Shown here piece after piece: positions 42,827 to 52,189 of a stretch of 64,000 nt of DNA. The translations under genes and the position numbers were made by a program. How positions within the stretch are numbered: position 1 is the stretch's first letter; every line of letters begins with the position of its first letter. The notes beneath the pieces were generated by a model, which searched no databases, was not told the origin of the DNA, and saw only the letters and a list, made by a program, of their open reading frames with translations. The DNA comes from an uncultured bacterium (GTDB taxonomy: Bacteria > Cyanobacteriota > Vampirovibrionia > Gastranaerophilales > Gastranaerophilaceae): NCBI GenBank assembly GCA_903885635.1, contig CAISJE010000076.1, positions 588-64,587 of the forward strand, read 5' to 3'.

Positions 42827-45622
42827 TTAGCAATTAATTATTTCACCCAAATTGGCAAAATAATCTTTGCTATTTTGTATGACTTCTCTATTTCCAACTA
42901 TGGACAATAAAGATGGCTGAGTTAGATAATGTTGTGCTAATTTTTGAATATATTCCGATGTCATATTATCAATTGCATCAAATAAAGCCTGTTGATAATT
43001 TGTACCATAAAAAGAATTGTACCCCTCTACTATTGTCTCATTTTTGTCTATGGATGATTCAGTCTTAGATAATATTTTATTTTTCAGGCTTGTTTTTTTT
43101 GATTCTAATTTTTCTAAAGTTATTGGCTTATTAACCAATTCATTTATACTTTCGTTGTATTTATCAATTACCTTATGCAAATTTTTTGTACTCGCAGTAA
43201 CATTAGTTGATAAAGTTAATCTTGCTACTTTACCTGTTTCATTGTTAACATCAAATCTTGAATTGGCAAAATATGCGATTTTATTTTCATTTCTCAATTT
43301 TTCAAATAATTTAGATTTTTCATTACCTCCAAGAATATGATTCAATAATAGTAACCCAGCTCTATCTTTAATATTACCACTTTCAATTATTTTGAAATAT
43401 TTTTCAATTTCAATTTGATCATTATCATTTTCTGTTTTAATAAATATTTTTGTTTTAGTTAAAGGAATAGCTTTAAATTTATTAAAAATTGCAGAATAAT
43501 TATTTTTTTGCAAAGGAGATATTTTTAGCAGTGTCTGAAATATTTCATTTTGAGTATCATTTAGAATTTCTTTAGGAATAGTTATAAAAATAGTACCTTG
43601 AGCATTTTCTAAAATTTGTTCATGAAGTTTATTTACATCATCTATAGTTAAATCTTTAACACTTCCTTCCATATAATGATATGGACTTTCTTTAAGAATC
43701 TCATCGCTGATTTGCTTATATATACTAGAATATTTAGAATTATTTTTTTCACTTTCTAAAATTTTATTTTTTTGTTCATTGAATTTTTCAATAGATATAC
43801 TTGGATGTAAAAGAATTCCCATAGCATAATTCAACATTTCTAACGTTTTATCTGGTGTCCCACTTAATGTTGTATATATTTCTTGAGAATTTCCATCAAA
43901 AGCTAAATGAATATTTTCTTTTGATAATCTTTCTATAGTTTCATCAGAAGCTAAAAAGCTTGCCAATGCAGCTCCTGCTTCAGGATTACTATATAATCTT
44001 TTTTGGGAATGTAAATCAAAGTGTATCGTACTTCTTGTAATATCAGCTCTTGAATCAATTACTACTCTAAGATTATTTGGTAAAAGATATTCATGGATAT
44101 CTTTAGTATTGAGTTGGTCAATGTTGCCTTTAAAAGATACTGGAGTTGATTTTCCCGATTTTTCTTGCGGATGAACTACAACAATAGAAACTTTATTTAA
44201 ATCTAAATATTTTTTTGCAGTGTTCTGTAAATCGTAAGGAGTTATTGAGTTTAAAATATTTAATAATTCTGTTTCTTTTTTTACATTATTTGATAAAGCT
44301 AAAGAAGTTGAATATTTTTCTGAAATATTAAAGGCATATTGACTTTCAAGTGATTCTTTATTTTTAACTCTATTTTTTATTTCATTTAATTTTTCATTTG
44401 GAATGGGACTTTGAGTTAAATAATAAATTTTAGAATAAAGATTTTTTAAACAATTTTCAATTTCTTTTTCAGAAGATGTGCCAGTAACATTTATAGAACA
44501 TGGAAAATCTTTTTGGGGTTCTAAAGAATTAATATTGCATGTAATATTAAAACTATTATCTATTCCTGCACTTTTAAAAATATCATCCTCTGTTAATATT
44601 TTAGAAATACAATACATCAAAATAGTATCTTTATAATTATTTGTTTCCGGTCCAATGAATGACAAATAAGCTTTAGCCCTATTTGATGAAGAATTATTAC
44701 CTATTGTGTCTACTCTTTTTGCGTTTTGAATTAAATTGTCTTTTGAAAAAGTTGTATTACTTAATTTAAGAGATTGTTCTGAAATATTTTGGGATTTTCC
44801 TAAATGTTTTGCAATTGTTTTTATAGTATTATCCTCAACAGCCCCAACTACTGTAGTGACCATATTGTTTGGACTATAAAAGTTGTCATAATAATTTAGT
44901 AAATCTTGTTTTTTAATGTTTTTAATAGTTAATAAGCTTCTATTTGCAAGAATATCGCTTGATGAATCTAAGTTAAATAAATTTTTAATACCAAGCTTAT
45001 TTGCAAAAATGTCATCTGAATTAAATTTTCCATCTTCTGTTAATTCTTGAATTATTATATCCTTCTCGTTGTCAATTTGTTCCTCGGTAAAATTTGTATG
45101 AGTTAATACAGCTGACTGAGCCTTAACTAAATCCTCAAAATTTTCGGTTTTGGTTAGATTAGCTTTAATATAATAATTTGTAAGAAAGTTTGTAGTTGTG
45201 GCATTAGACACCGCTCCTATTTTTAATAGGATAGTTTTAATATCTTGGTCATCTGGTTTAAAACAAGCATTTGCAAGTAAATGTTCTAACAAATGACTAA
45301 TTTCTTTTAAATTTGCATTTTCATCAAAATGTCCCACTTTAACATAAGTGTTTATAACAGTAGGACCAGATTTTGCAATTATGGCAATTTTATGCCCATT
45401 AGAAAGCTCATATAATTTACCCTGACCGATATATGGAACATCAAAAGTTTCAAGCTCTCTATATCCCTCAGTAATTTGAGGTGAAGCATACGCCTTGGAA
45501 GCTTCTAATGGGATTGGTTGATAATTTGGCAGACTTGAAAGCGAATTGAACTCCGCAGAATTTCCTTTGAAATTCTGCTGTTTTTGAACAAATTGGGCAT
45601 TGACTACACTACAAATATTCAT
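42827..45622 (-). CDS. leader-bearing M16 (pitrilysin/insulinase) family zinc peptidase, tandem-domain
   Basis: Inverted zinc motif HLLEH in EISHLLEHLLANA. About 930 aa, consistent with a double M16 unit. N-terminal ...QKQQNFKG. Confidence 0.8.
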   Translation of the reverse strand: MNICSVVNAQFVQKQQNFKGNSAEFNSLSSLPNYQPIPLEASKAYASPQITEGYRELETFDVPYIGQGKLYELSNGHKIAIIAKSGPTVINTYVKVGHFDENANLKEISHLLEHLLANACFKPDDQDIKTILLKIGAVSNATTTNFLTNYYIKANLTKTENFEDLVKAQSAVLTHTNFTEEQIDNEKDIIIQELTEDGKFNSDDIFANKLGIKNLFNLDSSSDILANRSLLTIKNIKKQDLLNYYDNFYSPNNMVTTVVGAVEDNTIKTIAKHLGKSQNISEQSLKLSNTTFSKDNLIQNAKRVDTIGNNSSSNRAKAYLSFIGPETNNYKDTILMYCISKILTEDDIFKSAGIDNSFNITCNINSLEPQKDFPCSINVTGTSSEKEIENCLKNLYSKIYYLTQSPIPNEKLNEIKNRVKNKESLESQYAFNISEKYSTSLALSNNVKKETELLNILNSITPYDLQNTAKKYLDLNKVSIVVVHPQEKSGKSTPVSFKGNIDQLNTKDIHEYLLPNNLRVVIDSRADITRSTIHFDLHSQKRLYSNPEAGAALASFLASDETIERLSKENIHLAFDGNSQEIYTTLSGTPDKTLEMLNYAMGILLHPSISIEKFNEQKNKILESEKNNSKYSSIYKQISDEILKESPYHYMEGSVKDLTIDDVNKLHEQILENAQGTIFITIPKEILNDTQNEIFQTLLKISPLQKNNYSAIFNKFKAIPLTKTKIFIKTENDNDQIEIEKYFKIIESGNIKDRAGLLLLNHILGGNEKSKLFEKLRNENKIAYFANSRFDVNNETGKVARLTLSTNVTASTKNLHKVIDKYNESINELVNKPITLEKLESKKTSLKNKILSKTESSIDKNETIVEGYNSFYGTNYQQALFDAIDNMTSEYIQKLAQHYLTQPSLLSIVGNREVIQNSKDYFANLGEIINC

Positions 45623-45772
45623 GCACACACCTTATTTCTTACTCCAATAAAAACACGTGAAGATAATTAATGAACAATTTTTATGTCAATTGTTAAAAAA
45701 GATTTACAATATCAGGATTATTAGCAACATATCCTATCAGGGGTTTTGTATATATTAAAAAGAGGTTTTCAA

Positions 45773-46624
45773 TTGAAAATATTATTTGCATGTCAAAATA
45801 ATAACTCAAATCAACCCCCCAAAATTGTCTTTGGGGCAGGTTTGACATCTAAAATGATGCAAGAAATACAACAGGCAGATGTTGTTGAAATATCAAAAAA
45901 GCTTGCACAAAAAGGAATTCCAACTGATTTTAAAGATAATAAAGTTATTGCTTGGTGCTGTGACAAAACAGTGGGGATATTAGAAGAGCTAAATAATAGA
46001 TTTGGGCAAAAATTGGCTTTACCAAGTGCAATTGAGGTGGAAAATTTTGAACGGTTAAATGTCGAAAATACGAATATTTTAAGTACTTGCAATATGTTAC
46101 CAACAAAATTGAGAAAAAATTCTGCCGAAAGAACGCCACCAAGAGGAATATTTTTTAATAGTTTATATAATTTTGAAAATATTGATAAAATAGCAGATGA
46201 TGATTATGTAATTGGACTTTCTAGTACTCCCCATTTTTTAAATTTTAGCTTACATGAAGTTATCCACAGTGCTCATGAATATAGATTGCTAGATAGACTA
46301 GGGGCTAAAACTTTAGCTAGAGAGCTTGATTTATATAAAAATCAAAAGCAGGTTACAGAATATCAACAAAAATATCGGGAGAAAGTTTTAAAAATTTGTG
46401 CCTATGCTGAAACTGACCCATTTGAGGCAATAGCCTGTGATATGTCAAGAGTTATTGCTGATTCTCTTGATAAAAAAACTTTATTGCCGACAAGAAACCC
46501 TTTTATCGGAACACCTTATGAAAAATTATCATTTTGGCAAAGAGTAAATATACCAAATTGTTCTGATGACGAACGACCATTACAAGAAATCTTAAGGCGT
46601 TTTTGGAATGGAAAGTTTGACTAA
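45773..46624 (+). CDS. putative HExxH zinc metallopeptidase-like protein with a short leader-like N-terminus
   Basis: FSLHEVIHSAHEY (HExxH). TTG at 45773 after AGAGG. N-terminal KILFACQNNNSNQPPKIVFGAG. Confidence 0.5.
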   Translation: MKILFACQNNNSNQPPKIVFGAGLTSKMMQEIQQADVVEISKKLAQKGIPTDFKDNKVIAWCCDKTVGILEELNNRFGQKLALPSAIEVENFERLNVENTNILSTCNMLPTKLRKNSAERTPPRGIFFNSLYNFENIDKIADDDYVIGLSSTPHFLNFSLHEVIHSAHEYRLLDRLGAKTLARELDLYKNQKQVTEYQQKYREKVLKICAYAETDPFEAIACDMSRVIADSLDKKTLLPTRNPFIGTPYEKLSFWQRVNIPNCSDDERPLQEILRRFWNGKFD

Positions 46625-46834
46625 TTTAGAAATTATTACTTACGTAAAAATATGGACTGTTAATATTACTTAGTAGAGTTATAATTAAACTGTTAAGACA
46701 TTCTTGTGAGGCTCACGCCCATGATGGCAAAGTTATTTACAAGAAAAGCTGGAATAGCTATGCCTTATATTTATATCAATTAAAATGGTTTTAATAACCA
46801 TATTTTCTGCATGCATAATTTGAAAGGAGCCTAT

Positions 46835-48211
46835 ATGAACTATCTAGCTAAAACACTTTTAGCAATTAGAAAAGATTCTAAACTATTTCAAAACCCAGAA
46901 GTTAATTTTATTCTTGGACTTACCACATCACAAGTGAAAGACCTCAAAAAAATAGCAATTACAGAGGGTTTAATTGAAGAACATAAGCGAGAATTTACTC
47001 TAACCAATGCAGGAGAACAATATATTAATGAAGTTCCGATTATTTCTTGGACTGATGAAATAAATAACAAACGCCCTGAAATTAATTTGGAATACTTAAA
47101 ATTAGAAAAAACACCGCCGACAGTAACAAAGGCTATTCGTTGTCTTGCTCGGCACTTACTGGAAGGCGAGGACTTAAAAGAAAATTCAACTGAACATTAT
47201 TTAGTCAAGGAGCTTTTATGTTCAAAATCAACCTGTGTAAAAATCAAAAAAGAAATAGAAAAATTTGTACTTCAAAATAATAAATTCAAGCTCACTTGTT
47301 TGTTTGAACGATTTATGACACCGCCTTATGGTTTAACAAAATCTATTATTTCAGTTCTTTTGTTAGATGTTTTGGTAAAAAGTAAAGATATTTTAGCAAT
47401 CTATGAAAACTCCCAATTCCAACTAAAATTAACTTCTTTAATGTTTGACAGAATGATTTATTGTCCGCAGAATTTTGAACTGCAAAAAACCATTGTTGAA
47501 AACTTGCCGATTTTAGAAAAAATATCAGCAATAATTTTGCCCTGTAAATCAACAAACATTCTTGACCTGACGAAAGGCTTGATTTATTTCATTAAAAACC
47601 TTGATAAGCACACACTTACAACAGAACGATTGAGTAAAAATACAATCCGTTTCCGTAACGCTGTATTAAATGCAAAAGACCCTATTAACTTATTTTACAA
47701 GGACATTCCTAAAACTCTTGATGATAAAATTTTGTGCCAGTGTGAAAAATCTTTTGTTAAAAAATTTGATGAAACTATACAGGAATTACAAGACTCTTAC
47801 TCCAACTTGACTAAAGAAATAAGCACATTTTTATTTGACAGTTTTAGTGAAAAAAGTAGAAAAAAACTCGCAAAAAGGTTTGAAGCTGTGCAGGAATTTT
47901 TATCAGATAATGAGTTAAAAATTTTACATAACAACATAAAAGAATTAAATTCATTTGATACGCTTTGGATTGAACGCATTGCTACGTTTATCAATAAATC
48001 AAGAGTTCCTAAAGACTGGTCGGACAATGATGTAGCTGATTTTAAAATTAAAGTAAAAGAACTTGCTTTAAAATTTACGACAATCGAAGCGGCCGCAGGG
48101 GGAAGTAATATAAAAATTGATAGTTCAACCGCAAAACTTCTAAGTCAAATCTTAAAACTTTCCAAACCACAAAAAATGGTTTTAGTCAGGGAAATCGTAG
48201 GAGGCAATTAG
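46835..48211 (+). CDS. hypothetical protein with a wHTH-like N-terminus; partner of the PP-loop enzyme (possibly DUF4007-like)
   Basis: ATG at 46835 after AAAGGAG. Its stop is 1 nt before the GTG of the next gene, suggesting translational coupling. Confidence 0.5.
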   Translation: MNYLAKTLLAIRKDSKLFQNPEVNFILGLTTSQVKDLKKIAITEGLIEEHKREFTLTNAGEQYINEVPIISWTDEINNKRPEINLEYLKLEKTPPTVTKAIRCLARHLLEGEDLKENSTEHYLVKELLCSKSTCVKIKKEIEKFVLQNNKFKLTCLFERFMTPPYGLTKSIISVLLLDVLVKSKDILAIYENSQFQLKLTSLMFDRMIYCPQNFELQKTIVENLPILEKISAIILPCKSTNILDLTKGLIYFIKNLDKHTLTTERLSKNTIRFRNAVLNAKDPINLFYKDIPKTLDDKILCQCEKSFVKKFDETIQELQDSYSNLTKEISTFLFDSFSEKSRKKLAKRFEAVQEFLSDNELKILHNNIKELNSFDTLWIERIATFINKSRVPKDWSDNDVADFKIKVKELALKFTTIEAAAGGSNIKIDSSTAKLLSQILKLSKPQKMVLVREIVGGN

Positions 48212-48212
48212 C

Positions 48213-49061
48213 GTGAAAGAATATCATATATTGAGTTTATCAGGTGGTAAAGACAGCACTGCATTAGCGTTTTTTATTAAGGAAAACATGCCTGACATTT
48301 TTAAAAAAACAGAATTAGTTTTTTGTGATACGGAACATGAACTACCTGAAATTTACGATTATTTAAACAAGGTAGAAGTGTTTTTAGGCAAGCCCATTAC
48401 AAGAATAAAGCCGTATGTTAGCTTCGATCAAATTCATTCTATTTATGGCTTTTTGCCTCATCCTGCTTGTCGTTGGTGTACTGTTGAGATGAAAACAAAA
48501 CCTTTTAGGAAACATATTTATGATAAATTCAATGCTCAAGGTGAAGGCTGTGTTTATTTGTATATCGGAATTAGAGCGGATGAGGCTCATAGAGTAAAAA
48601 CAGCAACTAGCACCGATAATTACATTAATGAAAGATTTCCATTTGTTGATAATAATATTGGGCGAAGTGATGTAATAAAAATGTTAGAAGATGTCGGAGT
48701 GGGTTTGCCCGAATTTTATAACTGGAAAACTCGTTCAGGGTGTTATTTCTGTTTTTATCAGTCAAAAATGGATTGGATTAATTTACGAGAACAACACCCT
48801 GATTTATTTAAGAAAGCTATGGGATATGAGTTTTATGACTGTGAAAAAATAAAAAAAGGTAGTTTTAGTTGGATTCAAAACTTACCACTAAAAGAGCTTA
48901 TAAAGCCTGAAAATATAGAAAAAATAAAAATGAATTATGAGAAAAAACAGGAACGGCTAAAAAATAAGAAAACTCCCGAAAAACTTATTAATATGTATGG
49001 CGATTATTTAGTTGATGAAGACGAGGAATGCGAAAATACTTGTTTATTCTGCCATTTGTAA
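48213..49061 (+). CDS. PAPS-reductase / DndC-like PP-loop ATP pyrophosphatase family protein
   Basis: PP-loop LSLSGGKDSTA. Cys clusters CRWC, CYFCF and C-terminal CENTCLFCH. GTG start after GTAGGAGG. Confidence 0.75.
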   Translation: MKEYHILSLSGGKDSTALAFFIKENMPDIFKKTELVFCDTEHELPEIYDYLNKVEVFLGKPITRIKPYVSFDQIHSIYGFLPHPACRWCTVEMKTKPFRKHIYDKFNAQGEGCVYLYIGIRADEAHRVKTATSTDNYINERFPFVDNNIGRSDVIKMLEDVGVGLPEFYNWKTRSGCYFCFYQSKMDWINLREQHPDLFKKAMGYEFYDCEKIKKGSFSWIQNLPLKELIKPENIEKIKMNYEKKQERLKNKKTPEKLINMYGDYLVDEDEECENTCLFCHL

Positions 49062-50846
49062 CTATTGCTCTTTAAATAAATTTTCAGGTGCTTTTTCGTA
49101 TAAATATTTTTCAGGTATAGCTTTCCATAATCTGTTAAATTCCTGCGTTATTTGATTAGCAATTTTTGTACTTCTTATAACAAGCATATTTTCATCATTT
49201 ACATACTCGGCGGTGCTTGTCCAGTTTGTACTGCCGATAACGCAATATTCATCATCAAATACAGCAGATTTTGTATGCATTTTCCCATTCCAATTTTCTA
49301 CTTTTATTTGTATTCCTGCACCTCGGACTATATCTATTGCAGAATATTTTTCAGCAGTCGGCTCATAATCTACTATGATTTTAATATCAACTCCCCGATT
49401 ATGTGCGTTTATTAATTCGGCAACAACTTTTTTATTCGTAAAATAAAACATCATTATTCTAATTGTTTTATGTGATTGTTGAATTAGAGGGATAACACCG
49501 TTATGAATAGCCTCATCTTTTGGCGAAAAATAAACAGACACAAGATTATCATTACCGACTTTTATATTTGTATTATTAGTGCTTGCATCTTTCAAGGTAT
49601 GGAATTTCTTTTGTTCAAACATTTGGTTAAACTCTTTTGTATAAACATTTGCAAGGTCTTTTGAATATATGACAATTCCATCATTAGCATTTAATGTCAT
49701 ACAGGAATCGGTTAAATTTGTTGAGCCTGCCCAAACAACGGAATTATCAAAAATCAGGAATTTATTATGCATTAGCCCTGAAACTTCCCTTGTGAATGGG
49801 GTATCAAATTTTCTTTGGGCAATTGATACAAAAATATCTTCTTTGAATCCAAATTCATTTTCTATTTTTCTTGTATCAAAGTAGAATTTGTATGTGTTAT
49901 CATCACAAGCCCCCCTAATCTTAACGCCTCTTGCTTTAGCACGTCTTAAAGCGTTGATAATTTCGTCCTGCCCTTGAAAACCATAAGCGGCAACATCTAT
50001 AGTTTGTTTCGAGTTGTCAATTAATGTAACCAAAGAGCGACATACATAATTTACACAAGCATTTTTAGGTTGTTTTTTTCCGACTGGGTTAACAAAAAAG
50101 AGAGAGATTTTATCCGTTTGCATTTTATTCAGCAGATATTTTTCTCCTGCTTGTTTTAAAATGTTAGGATTTTTATTTTTTACTAATTCAGGGTAACAAC
50201 AACTTGCGGATTTGTATTTTGAAAGAAGGGACTTATTGATTAATTCAACATTACTTGCCATTTGACCGTATTCACAATTTACCTTATGGTAAGTATTATT
50301 TTTCTTATTCAATAAAACTAAATTAAGCCAATGTGTCTTTTTCACATTGGCTTTTATTTTGCTTGGATTTTCATACTTGTATAATTCATGGACAAGGTTT
50401 GATTTTTTATAAACGCTTGCTAATCCTGCTTTTAAAACTTCTTGCTCGTAATCTTTGCCATTATCATAGTATATAGACATTAATTGTCGACCCATGTCGC
50501 AAAGTTTTGTCTCGCCTGAATATTGGGCTTTAACATACTTATTTAAAAGATTTTTCTTGGCAAATTCTTTTCCAAAATATCCCATTCCGAGAGCTTCGCT
50601 TTGAGTAAGATTAAATTCTTTCATCTGCCATTCTAAAAAGATGGAGGGTTTAACCTCAAAAGTATCAATACCGTTAATCCTAACCTTTTCTTCCTGCTGT
50701 AGAATTCCGTCATTATTAAAATCAAGAAAAAGTGTATCGCCGTCAATAACTTTAATAACTTTATATGTACCGTTTTCATAGGCAAAAGACTTGCCTGAAA
50801 AACAAGCCAAAATGCAGATAAAAATTATTAGTAAAATTTTCTTCAT
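49062..50846 (-). CDS. secreted fusion nuclease: staphylococcal-nuclease-like N-domain plus a double-HKD phospholipase-D-family domain
   Basis: Signal MKKILLIIFICILACFSGKSFA. SNase block VIKVIDGDTLF...RINGIDTFE. HKD motifs HNKFLIFD..GSTN and HTKSAVFD..GSTN. Confidence 0.8.
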   Translation of the reverse strand: MKKILLIIFICILACFSGKSFAYENGTYKVIKVIDGDTLFLDFNNDGILQQEEKVRINGIDTFEVKPSIFLEWQMKEFNLTQSEALGMGYFGKEFAKKNLLNKYVKAQYSGETKLCDMGRQLMSIYYDNGKDYEQEVLKAGLASVYKKSNLVHELYKYENPSKIKANVKKTHWLNLVLLNKKNNTYHKVNCEYGQMASNVELINKSLLSKYKSASCCYPELVKNKNPNILKQAGEKYLLNKMQTDKISLFFVNPVGKKQPKNACVNYVCRSLVTLIDNSKQTIDVAAYGFQGQDEIINALRRAKARGVKIRGACDDNTYKFYFDTRKIENEFGFKEDIFVSIAQRKFDTPFTREVSGLMHNKFLIFDNSVVWAGSTNLTDSCMTLNANDGIVIYSKDLANVYTKEFNQMFEQKKFHTLKDASTNNTNIKVGNDNLVSVYFSPKDEAIHNGVIPLIQQSHKTIRIMMFYFTNKKVVAELINAHNRGVDIKIIVDYEPTAEKYSAIDIVRGAGIQIKVENWNGKMHTKSAVFDDEYCVIGSTNWTSTAEYVNDENMLVIRSTKIANQITQEFNRLWKAIPEKYLYEKAPENLFKEQ

Positions 50847-50873
50847 GGTGCAATTATAATAAAAACAAAAAAA

Positions 50874-51437
50874 TTAATGTAGAATAAGGTTTAAACACTT
50901 GTTGATTTCTTCAATATCAGGTTCGGCTTTGTCCCAACTTGCACCACACCCCCCATACAGTTTGTATGTTTCCAAAAAACCAACAAGCTTGAACCATTGT
51001 TCATTTTTAACTAATTGTAGAATTCCGGCGATACGATTTACCATATACTTGTTTAAGGTCATCATATCTTCTTCTGATAGTTTTCCACTTGCGTGAATGT
51101 CTTCAACGGGTCCATTCCTGAACGCGTAATTAGTAATAATTTTAGAAAATTTATCGATATCAAAATTGTCGAAAAAGACCTTCTTCATTGTTTCATTCGT
51201 ATTCTTTGAAATATTATCAATCAAATTATCTGTAATTGTTTCCATAAATTTAATGCCGAATTTTTTCAATTTATAACTAATTTGAGTTTTTTTAATGTCG
51301 TACAAGCGTGCAATTAAAATAATGGGGATTTTTTCACCAACATATAGTTTACGTAATTGCCCTTCAGAAATATCCGACCAAGAAAGATTGATGCCAGATT
51401 CTTTTTGTTTATTTAATTCATCATAAGTAAATATCAT
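50874..51437 (-). CDS. hypothetical protein
   Basis: 187-aa ORF with a possible N-terminal HTH (ILIARLYDIKKTQISYKLKKFG). Confidence 0.4.
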   Translation of the reverse strand: MIFTYDELNKQKESGINLSWSDISEGQLRKLYVGEKIPIILIARLYDIKKTQISYKLKKFGIKFMETITDNLIDNISKNTNETMKKVFFDNFDIDKFSKIITNYAFRNGPVEDIHASGKLSEEDMMTLNKYMVNRIAGILQLVKNEQWFKLVGFLETYKLYGGCGASWDKAEPDIEEINKCLNLILH

Positions 51438-51550
51438 TTAAATTATTCCTTGATTTTCTGTCAATAATATTAACAGAAAAATTGTTTTTTATAAACATTT
51501 ATTTTCACTAATAACAAGTATTTATTGTATAATTTATCATGAGGTAACTT

Positions 51551-51838
51551 ATGAATGAGATTAAACCAATATACAAACACGACTGTAGCGAATGCGAATA
51601 TTTAGGGGCATTTGTTCAAACTGAAGATAAATATCAGCCCATGGCTAAATACGACCTATATGCCCATAAAAGAGAAACTATGGTTGAATTAATTGCAAGG
51701 TATGGAGATAGTCCTCCAAAGTATTTAAGCGGGTGTTGTTTCATAGGCTATCCTGAAGAGGAAAGTCCAAGTTTACAAATTCCAATCTTTAAAGAAATAT
51801 TTGATAGATACAATAAAAAGTTTTCTTCAAAAAAGTGA
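51551..51838 (+). CDS. hypothetical small Cys-containing protein
   Basis: 95-aa ORF; N-terminal HDCSECEY. Confidence 0.35.
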   Translation: MNEIKPIYKHDCSECEYLGAFVQTEDKYQPMAKYDLYAHKRETMVELIARYGDSPPKYLSGCCFIGYPEEESPSLQIPIFKEIFDRYNKKFSSKK

Positions 51839-52189
51839 CCTATAAAATGAGAAAAATGCAATTGATTTTGAGAATTTTTTTTCATAGGAATTTGAGAAAA
51901 AATTATACAAGTTTTTTGCATTTTGGCTCAAACTAAATGTTACATCGGCTCAAACCATGTGATAATTTACAGTAGCCGAAACTTTGACATAAAATGTTAC
52001 CCATTATGTCATAAAAAGTTGGAAGGGTTAAAACTGCTTATTGCCTATAATAGTTTCGATAAGAGCATGTAACTTTTAATGAAAATTATTTACAGATTCA
52101 ATAGAAATAGAATTTATTTTGTTGTAACATACACATTGGAGACATGTCATTGTTAAGCAATTATTAATAAGTAGCCCATGTAAGTTCTT

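Noticed and set aside
46720-46782. A short ORF (MMAKLFTRKAGIAMPYIYIN) in the intergenic region before the PP-loop pair, read as a leader peptide.
   Set aside because: It has no clear RBS, no conservation evidence and only 20 codons.
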